The translations under genes were made by a program, and so were the position numbers. From contig NW_021824880.1 of the NCBI RefSeq assembly GCF_006345805.1, forward strand, positions 1 to 17,332: a DNA stretch of 17,332 nt, written 5' to 3'. Shown piece after piece: positions 1 through 7,798 of this stretch. This DNA comes from Octopus sinensis. Its lineage: Eukaryota. The notes under the pieces were generated by a model. The model was given only the letters and a program-made list of their open reading frames with translations, was not told the DNA's origin and ran no database searches. Numbering within the stretch: the first letter of the stretch is position 1; each line of letters opens with the position of its first letter.

Positions 1-108
1 CGGATCTAAAAGCGAAAATTAAGCCGAATTTGATAACAGAACTTTCATGTTTTGAAAGATATTGAAAAGATCAGGAAAATCCCAATCATGTCCGTGGAGT
101 ATTTAGTA
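1..108 (+). pseudogene. Decayed RTE-like non-LTR reverse transcriptase remnant, part 1 (left of the hAT insertion)
   Basis: Removing the hAT and one TSD copy joins ...HVRGVFS to KWILKVNE..., which resembles RTE-type RT sequence just after the YADD motif. Upstream DLKAKIKPNLITELS looks like the run-up to a YADD motif that is no longer present. Manual translation only. Confidence 0.45.
101..108. repeat. Left 8-bp target site duplication ATTTAGTA of the hAT element
   Basis: Identical ATTTAGTA at 101-108 and 2260-2267, directly outside the TIRs. The central TA (nnnTAnnn) is the known Buster-family target preference. Confidence 0.97.
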
Positions 109-172
109 CAGTGGTTCTCAAACTTTTTTTCCTTGCGTACCCCTTGCCATCTAATAATTTTTCGCGTACCCC
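109..172. repeat. hAT TIR plus subterminal motifs, downstream of the transposase
   Basis: TIR 109-124; GCGTACCCC at 135-143 and CGCGTACCCC at 163-172. Confidence 0.93.
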
Positions 173-210
173 TTATCGATTTTTAAAAAATTAAGGAAAA
201 AAAATATTAA

Positions 211-2065
211 TTAATGAGATGGATGGTGTTGTTATCAATCACTAATCTATCGATTTCTGGATCCTTTGACGAAAGACACCCGAATATCATGAACAACATT
301 CAGCCTCGCACGATGAACTGATTTTAAATTAAACAACGATGAAAATCCTTGTTCGCAGAGATATGTAGTCGGAAACAAAAGCAAAAAATCGATTATATAA
401 AATCCAATATTGTGATATTTTGATGTCATTTTACACCAAAATTCAATTAATGGTGCAGATTCAAATAAGATTTTTGACTCGTAAGAATTTATTAATTCAA
501 TAACTTCTTCTTGAATATTTGAAGGCAAAACATTAACTTTTACGAAAAAGGATTGACAAAAACTTAAGATCTACTTCATTAATTTCAGGTATATATTTTT
601 CAATTTCATTCTTCAATCCAAGTAAATGGGAAGTTATTTGATGTTTTAAATTTTCTATTTCATTTAATTTTAGATGGAAAATGTTTTCATTCAACTTATC
701 AAACATAGTAAAATTAGAATTTGTTGTATTATCTATCCACAGTTGGAGCTTCATACGAAAAGACCTACAATATTGCATTATTTCGTAAAAAACCTTGTTT
801 TTTCTAAAAAGTCAACAATGGTAACTCCCTTAGTTTGTACCGATAAATTCAAAGCATTAATTGCGAAAAAATGTCCGTTAAATAAGATAGCATTACACCC
901 CAATACATATTTGATAACTTTGATAAATATAAATTTTTATTTTCGCGAAGAAAATATTCATAAATTTCATTCTTCAAACTGTGCACTCTGGAAAGAACAT
1001 TTCCTTTGGATAACCATCGAACTTCTGTGTGATATAGTAAAACCTTCTCATCTGAACCAAATTCTTCACAAATTGAATAAAAAATTCGCGAATTTAAAGG
1101 ACTTTTTTTGATATGATTGACAATTTTAATAACATCGTCAAGAACATTTTTAAGTTCAAGAGGCATTGTCTTCACAGCAAGAAACAACGATGCAACATAC
1201 AGTGAAGATGTTTTACATTTGGATTGACAGATTGTACTCTACCTCGGAAACCAGAGTTACATCCAAGCATAGCTGGTGCTCCATCTGTGGTGCATGCACT
1301 AAGATTTTGCCACAATAGGCCTATCATAAGTAAAAAATCAAAAATGTACCTTCTGTTTCAAAAAAACAATTAACTGCATCGAAAATATCAGAACCTTTTG
1401 TGTTTAAAGGTAAGGAATAGTTGAACAAAAATTCTCCTTAATATTTTCCATATAAATATATCGCACATAAACGAGTAACTGAGAGCAATTTGCTACATCT
1501 GTTGATTCATCCAATTGAATTGAAAATTTTTTAAAGGCAGCACTTTTTATTTCAGTAATGACCTAATAATAATTAACCAGAAAATAACTTGTTCTTTTAT
1601 GTTTTCGGATAGATCTCGTATTCTTCTATTGACGGTATCATTTGAACATGGAATTTTTCGAACAATATGCTCCATTTATTGCCAGGGAAACATTCAAACA
1701 TGTCCTTAATGCACGGTATAATAAGATTCTCGGCAATTGTATGTGGTTTTTGGCTTTTGCGATCCGATATGAAATCATGTAAGAGAGTTTTGATAGTAAA
1801 AAATTAATGTCAAAATTGAAAGAATCGTCTATTTTCCGAATATTATCTTTTTTGTTCTTAAAAAGTCATTTGGTTTTCCGATAGTTTCGAAATGATTAGA
1901 AACTTGATGCCGAGAAAGTAATGAAGGTTTCATGGATTCAGGGCAAAGAATCTTTTGGCAAATAATACACTGCGGATGTGGCACACCGTTTTTAATCACA
2001 AAATAAAATCCATAGTTGAGATAACTATCGTTGTATTTTCGAATCTTGTTAACAGGTAAACTCAT
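211..2065 (-). pseudogene. Buster-type hAT transposase (~615 codons), broken by multiple frameshifts in this sequence
   Basis: Motifs occur in the expected order across frames: RKYNDSYLNYGF; BED finger CIIC...LSRHQVSNH; KPHTIAENLIIPC; FSIQLDESTDVA (first D); CTTDGAPAMLG (second D); HCMLHR (CxxH); HTEVRWLSKG; PTTYLCEQGFS (catalytic E); C-terminal QHHPSH-stop (TAA at 211-213). Confidence 0.93.
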
Positions 2066-2194
2066 AAGAAAAACTAGTAGCGTGGAGATTTATTTTATTA
2101 TTAATTATTTAATTTAATTATGATTTTTATTATAATTAGAATTAATAACTTTTTTATGTTGAAACGAAAATTAAATAGATTTTCAAAAAATTTT

Positions 2195-2259
2195 CGCGTA
2201 CCCCCTACAGAATTTCGCGTACCCCTAGGGGTACGCGTACCCCAGTTTGAGAACCACTG
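2195..2259. repeat. hAT subterminal palindromic motif cluster plus TIR, upstream of the transposase
   Basis: CGCGTACCCC at 2195 and 2216; overlapping perfect palindromes CGCGTACCCCTAGGGGTACGCG (2216-2237) and GGGGTACGCGTACCCC (2228-2243); TIR 2244-2259. Confidence 0.93.
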
Positions 2260-2267
2260 ATTTAGTA
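2260..2267. repeat. Right 8-bp target site duplication ATTTAGTA
   Basis: Exact match to 101-108. Confidence 0.97.
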
Positions 2268-2515
2268 AATGGATTCTGAAAGTGAACGAACACTAATCAT
2301 AGTTCACAACTGTCAAAAAAGAAAGCCAATGGACAACTTAGATAAGAACAAAGAATCTCGAAGCATTACTATGGGACTGATAAAATGCAGAGCAAAAAAG
2401 TGCTCTCAATTCTTGCACTCAAAAACTAAAATCAAAATGGGTAGAATACCCACATATTTCCAAATCTATGAAAGTACGTCTATACTACGAGTTCTCTCAC
2501 ACTATACTGCAATAA
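2267..2515 (+). pseudogene. Decayed RTE-like RT remnant, part 2 (end of RT/thumb region)
   Basis: One frame from 2267 reads KWILKVNEH*S*FTTVKKESQWTT*IRTKNLEALLWD**NAEQKSALNSCTQKLKSKWVEYPHISKSMKVRLYYEFSHTILQ*. This matches the RTE-type pattern W-x-LKVN-xx-KTE...TKKLGSLLGD...KL-xxx-W...IS-xxx-K-x-RLY...IL-x-Y, with several stops. Confidence 0.65.
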
Positions 2516-3160
2516 ATAAGGTCCAATTTAGATCGGAACGACTACTTCGAAATATCTCCAAAGTAGATCTTGCCGATCCTGTGAACGTGTCTCTCTTATT
2601 TTTTATCGTAGAAAATAGATTATTTTATTAATAAAATTTAGTGATTTAATTGTTAAATTTGATTTTTAGAATTAAATAAAAATTTAATTAGTTAAAAATA
2701 CATGAAATGCAAACATTTCTTGCAAGAATTAATCCCCGATTTCTTCAGCGATGACCAAAGCACGCATTTCAAGGCGGTGACACGTCTATAAGAACTATTA
2801 AAATACAAAGACTGCACCACCTCAGAATCCGACTTTCAATCAATTATTAATGGACTTTTTTCTATAATTACGACCAGCTTCAGCCACTGCAGATACAACC
2901 CAGGGGTTACCATTCTTTAAGAAATCTAAACAGTAGCATAATCGAATTTGTCAGTTTCGGCAGTTAAAAATAATCAATTATGTAAATCTCTAATAATTTT
3001 TGCTTTTTCCTTTTTAGTGGTTTTCAAAATCTGATAATTGCACAGTATATTCATGGTCGATAACAATTAGAGCTTTTATTTTATTTTTTTAACGAAAATT
3101 TAACAAAAAGAATTTATGTCATCGAAAAAAGATAGCTAAGCTAATTAATGGCCTCACGAG

Positions 3161-3936
3161 GCTTGAAGGTTGTGGAGGACCTCATCATGTGAGTCGAGGA
3201 CTTTCTTGTCGTTCATTTTAACAAAAACGCAGAAAATATTTTTTTTTAATTTTTGGGCTTGAAGGTTTTGGGGACCACATCATGTGAGTCGAGGACTTTC
3301 TTGTTGTTCATTTAACAAAAACGCAGAAAATAATTTTTTTTAATTTTTGGCTTGAAGGTTTTGAGGGACCACATCATGTGAGTCGAGGACTTTCTTGTTG
3401 TTCATTTTAACAAAAACGCAGAAAATAATTTTTTTTAATTTTTTGGCTTGAAGGTTTTGAGGGACCACATCATGTGAGTCGAGGACTTTCTTGTTGTTCA
3501 TTTTAACAAAAACGCAGAAAATAATTTTTTTAATTTTTTGGCTTGAAGGTTTTGGGGACCACATCATGTGAGTCGAGGACTTTCTTGTTGTTTATTTTAA
3601 CAAAAACGCAGAAAATAATTTTTTTTAATTTTTTGGCTTGAAAGTTTTGGGGGACCACATCATGTGAGTCGAGGACTTTCTTGTTGTTCATTTTAACAAA
3701 AACGCAGAAAATAATTTTTTTAATTTTTTAGCTTGAAGGTTTTGGGGGACCACATCATGTGAGTCGAGGACTTTCTTGTTGTTCATTTTAACAAAAACGC
3801 AGAAAATAATTTTTTTTAATTTTTTGGCTTGAAGGTTTTGGGGGACCACATCATGTGAGTCGAGGACTTTCTTGTTGTTCATTTTAACAAAAACGCAGAA
3901 AATAATTTTTTTAATTTTTTAGCTTGAAGGTTTTGG
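3161..3936. repeat. ~95-bp satellite array, left segment (~8 units)
   Basis: Unit CTTGAAGGTTTTGGGGGACCACATCATGTGAGTCGAGGACTTTCTTGTTGTTCATTTTAACAAAAACGCAGAAAATAA(T)7-8AA(T)5-6(GG/AG/AC). ACCAC anchors at 3274, 3368, 3464, 3558, 3654, 3749, 3845 give periods of 94-96 bp. Confidence 0.98.
3923..3936 (+). repeat. Left TSD of the LINE (CTTGAAGGTTTTGG)
   Basis: The satellite stops after CTTGAAGGTTTTGG at 3936 and restarts with CTTGAAGTTTTGG at 7796-7808, so this part of a single unit is present on both sides (one-G difference). Confidence 0.88.
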
Positions 3937-3987
3937 TGCGTTTCGTTTCTGGTTGTGCAAATAGCAAAATTGAAAATAGCAAAATTA

Positions 3988-5114
3988 ATGTTAATTTCAA
4001 ACAAGAAAAAGAAAATCGGAAAGTGTCGATAATTGTACGTGTGTCAAACACCTCTTTTGATTCAATTGAGGTTGCCAACATCATCTGTAATTCGAAAACT
4101 GCCCTCAAGGCGAGAATCTCCCGTCGCTTTGATGGCTCATACGAACTTGTCTTTAATTCGGAACGGGATTTCGAGTCTTTTAAAAACGATTGGGAAATGA
4201 AGCTTCCTTTTGGTGACAATGGGCACACAATAGAGCACCGAACACCCAGGGATTCGACCTTAATGATGAGGAATCTACCTTTTTGGGTTGATAACGAGGA
4301 TCTACACAGGCTTTTGTCGAAAGTGCTATCCCCAGGGTTCAAACTGGAAAGATTTAGTAAAAATGGGAAAAATCTGCCACTTGGCAAGCTTACTATCCAG
4401 GACAGAAACGAAGCACAGTCGTTGATCACCCTAGGTCTTAAAATTGGCTTCAACCAAATCCGTTTTACCTGGTACAAAAATCCCGAGAGGCAATGCTATC
4501 GATGTTACAAATTTGGACACATCTCGTTATACTGTAAAGAGACAGTGCGCTGTTTGTTGTGTGGTGATGCACACGATCGCACCCAATGTACGATCGGAAC
4601 ACACGTCAAACTCCCGTGCATCAACTGCGGATCACATGGACACCGGGCGAACTGGTTGGGCTGTCCGGTGGCGAAACAATCGACAAAGAAGAAACTGGAA
4701 GTGACTCCCACTAAGAGAAATCGTGTAAATGCAATACAAATGTCTGGCATACAAATGTCTTGGTCGAAGAAGTTACTTAATCCGAAATGCGATATTGGTG
4801 TTCAAACTGACGTTATCGTCATGAACTTGATCGAATCAGGAAGTCAGACCTGCTTCATTAACACGGGAATTCAAACGGACCCATGCCCAGAAACAAAACC
4901 CGCCGCCCCGAAGGCGAGAGCAGTGAAGAAAACTGCAGTAGCAAAATCTGGAGTTCAGCTGCCAAGCCCTGAAGCCCGGCTGGAGGACGATGGGACGCCT
5001 CCAGAGCCGGCTGAAACCGGTGGCAAACGGAAAGCAGGCAGACCCCCTTTACCGAAAAAGGTGGCGCTCCCACGGGAGGTCAGCCACCCATGTCGGAAGG
5101 ATTCCTTGCTCTGA
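3988..5114 (+). CDS. LINE ORF1p, gag-like nucleic-acid-binding protein with three CCHC knuckles (start uncertain)
   Basis: CYRCYKFGHISLYC, CLLCGDAHDRTQC, CINCGSHGHRANWLGCP, preceded by an RRM-like region (LMMRNLPFWVDNEDL) and followed by a basic Pro-rich tail. The listed TTG start at 3924 lies in the satellite/TSD. The ATG at 3988 is one base out of frame and the first in-frame ATG is at 4197. Confidence 0.88.
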
Positions 5115-7665
5115 CAATTCTAAATGCCCGCTCGCTTGCGAGACGGGCATCGGAGCTGAGGCTCCTGCTGGCCACAGCGAAGTCTCACATATTGATTATC
5201 AATGAGACTAAGCTGAAGGAAGCTACGAGGGTGGAATTCGAAGGCTATAAGTCTATTAATATACCATGGAAAATAAACTCAGTGGCGGGGACAGGAACCT
5301 CAGTCTACTACAGGGCGAACCTTAAGGTAAGAAACATCAGAATTGTGGAGGAGTCACTCTGTGAACTTATTGTGCTCGAGCTGCACACGACTGCTGGCTG
5401 GCTAACCGTCGGGGGAATGTACTCAAAGTCGCTAAGGCGCTATTCAAACGTTATTGGGACGTTCTTTGAGGAAAATTGCCTGTCAATCCTAGCAGGAGAT
5501 CTTAATGCCAAAAATGTGAGTTATGGATGTGAAACTACGAATATGGATGGAACTGTCCTTGAGGACTTGGCCAGTAGCTTGGGTTTTTCGGTCTTTACAT
5601 CGGAAGAACTGAATCATGCAGACAGAGGCAGGGCTGATCGCTTGGGTCTCTTTCTATGCTCGGCATCAATTAGTCCTTTATGTTACATACCGAGGTTGGA
5701 AGCGGACATTGGCTCTGACCACGTGCCGCAAACGATGTTGATAAAGATGACTATGAATGTTACGGAGGACTTGTTCATTGGTTACAACCTCGTGAACATG
5801 AACTGGAGTTTATTCGAATCATATATGCGGGATTCTCTTCGAAATGTCGTGTCCCAGCCTCTGAGAAGCAGAGATGATATTGACAATCTCGATGATCACC
5901 TTAGATCGTCAATCATAAAATTCCTGGATGTTTATGCATTAAAAAATGTATGGAAACCCAAAGGAACGCAAAAGCGGATGAATTCGAAACTTGTCACTCT
6001 GATCAGAACGAAAGGTACCCTGGAAAATCGCAGGAGAAGATGTCGGGTTGAGTCAATCAAATGCCGCCTGAAATTGGAGATCGACAAGATAAAATCTACT
6101 ATTGCAAAAATGGCCAAGACTGAGGTCGAAAGTAAATGGAGGTCTGAATGCAGAAAACTGGATAAGCGAAACCCTAATTTCTGGAAAGCATATCAACGCC
6201 TTACCAGAAATGATGCCAAAGGATTTGAAATTTCACTAAAAGAACCAGACGGGAAATATATCTCCTCTGATCGTATCCCGGAAGTACTCAGGAACCAACT
6301 GAGTAAGGTTCAAGAGGTCGAATCTACCGTTCCACGAGGGACTTATGACCGAATTGTGAAGAAGCTTGGCTCTTCGCAATTATCGGAGGGACCATTATGT
6401 GGGGCGATAACACAGGAAGAGGTTGAAAGGGCAATTGCTGGGTTGAAGAACAAGGCGCCTGGCTTCGACTACATCCCTCCGAAGTTGTTAAAGAAGGCCC
6501 CTGAAATCTTGATACGAGCATTGACTATGTTGTTTCACGCCAGCTGGACGTTCGGACACCTTCCATCGGCGTGGAAGCATACGATTGTTCGAATGATTCC
6601 AAAATCTGGTAAATCGACACTGCTGGCACAGAACTACCGGCCAATTAGCCTCATTTGTGCTTTCTCTAAGACAATGGAAAAGATTGTCTTTAACAGACTC
6701 TCTGGTCATATAGAATCACAAAATTTGCTTTTACCTGAACAATGGGGATTTCGTGGAGGAAGATCCACAGGGGACTGCCTCAGGGAGTTAGAGCACCAAT
6801 TATCCCGTGCTGACAGAAATGAAGCATGGCTAACTGTGGTGTGTCTGGATCTGGCCAAAGCCTTCGATAGCGTGTGGCACCTGGGCCTACTCTCCAGAAT
6901 CCATGACATCGGAGCCGGGATAAAGACCTATCGATGGCTGGAGAGCTTCTTGTCAGGAAGACAATCATTTCCGCTGTGGAAACCGCCTATCGGGGTGTGT
7001 GGAACTTAGAAGGGGAGTCCCGCAGGGATCTATCTTGAGTCCACTTCTGTTCAACCTCTTCTTGGCGGACATTCCTCTGCCGTCGACACGTACTGGCAAG
7101 CTCGTTATCTATGCTGACGATATCCTGGTCATGGATACCTCGAAAAGGATATCGCAGTCTTGGAGACGACTGAAATCATACATTGCAACGCTAAAGATGT
7201 GGACTATAGAGAAGGGTTTGACCCTAGCACCGGAGAAGAGCACCATTTCATGGTTGCGGAGAGGGAGTCGCTATGCGGAGTCTTGTGCATATGCGATGAG
7301 TAGCTATGTGATGGATCTCTCGAAAAGAAAAAATCTTTCTTACCTGGGAGCAACCATTAACTGTCGTGGCTCGTACGTAGAGCATATAGCAAATCAGAGA
7401 AAGAGGAGTGTGAGGATCCTCAAAAGCTTAACCAGGTTCCATCTGGATCTGGAAACGTACATCTACGTTTAAAAGACGTGTGACAGCCAGTTTTCACATA
7501 TGGCTACGAGGCGCTTTCGGTACAGAGGAGAGTGACTACCTTATCAAACAGTTGGAAAAGACAAGACGTTTCGCGTTGAAACTGGCTTACGGAAAGCTAG
7601 AAGACTCGCATGAATCCTCTGTGCCCACGATCCGGATGGTCCTGGAGAATTGTCGTCAAACATGA
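5090..7665 (+). pseudogene. LINE ORF2p: apurinic-like endonuclease plus reverse transcriptase (~855 codons), interrupted in this copy
   Basis: APE motifs: LNARSL, INETKL, LAGDLNAK, GSDHVP. RT motifs: KAPGFDYIP, YRPISL, QWGFRGGRST, LDLAKAFDSVWH, GVPQGSILSPLLFN, YADD, YLG; then QPVFTYG and QLEKTRRFALKLAYG. There is a frameshift near 6960-7000, TAA at 7470-7472 and further shifts near 7480-7520. No RNase H or C-terminal CCHC is visible. Confidence 0.93.
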
Positions 7666-7763
7666 CTAGTATTGGGGATACGCATGGAAAGAGACACTTC
7701 GGTGCCTTGTTTTTATCTCCCCGCCGATGTTTTTCTTCCTTGTTTTTCTTTTTCTTCTCGCTC

Positions 7764-7798
7764 AATAAACACTATTCTATTCTTCTATTCTTCTTCTT
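7764..7798 (+). promoter_or_regulatory. LINE 3' end: AATAAA signal followed by a TATTC/TTC repeat tail
   Basis: AATAAA at 7764-7769, then CAC-TATTC-TATTC-TTC-TATTC-TTC-TTC running into the TSD; no poly(A). Confidence 0.8.

Larger units (their letters stand above)
109..2259 (-). mobile_element. Full-length hAT DNA transposon, Buster (Charlie/TcBuster/ZBED5-like) family, 2151 bp
   Basis: Perfect 16-bp TIRs (CAGTGGTTCTCAAACT 109-124, AGTTTGAGAACCACTG 2244-2259), 8-bp TSD, subterminal (C)GCGTACCCC motifs at both ends, and an internal transposase on the - strand. Confidence 0.97.
3937..7795 (+). mobile_element. Near full-length two-ORF non-LTR retrotransposon (APE-type LINE, Jockey/I-group-like), inserted in a satellite unit
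   Basis: Gag-like ORF1 with three zinc knuckles, overlapping APE-RT ORF2, 3' UTR with AATAAA and a short-repeat tail, and a flanking TSD. It is visibly more GC-rich than the flanks. The clade call is from architecture only. Confidence 0.95.

Noticed and set aside
674-1111. 145-aa + strand ORF
   Set aside because: Antisense shadow of the hAT transposase.
2269-2631. 120-aa ORF as a host gene
   Set aside because: No recognisable motif; an overlapping frame carries the RT-like remnant, so this is probably a shadow ORF.
5311-5320. CAGGGCGAAC as the partner TIR of the hAT end at 16926
   Set aside because: It lies inside the LINE endonuclease coding frame, the match is short, and there is no GTCATTAA TSD beside it.
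7470-7472. Alternative genetic code with TAA = Tyr, since TAA falls at expected Tyr positions here and at 2513
   Set aside because: The Buster transposase ends at TAA in the canonical position and other in-frame stops replace Lys/Glu-type positions; ordinary mutation explains it.
3911-7765. Antisense and alternative-frame ORFs within the LINE (e.g. 3911-4477, 4444-4704, 7544-7765)
   Set aside because: They overlap well-supported ORF1/ORF2 or the 3' UTR and show no motifs of their own.
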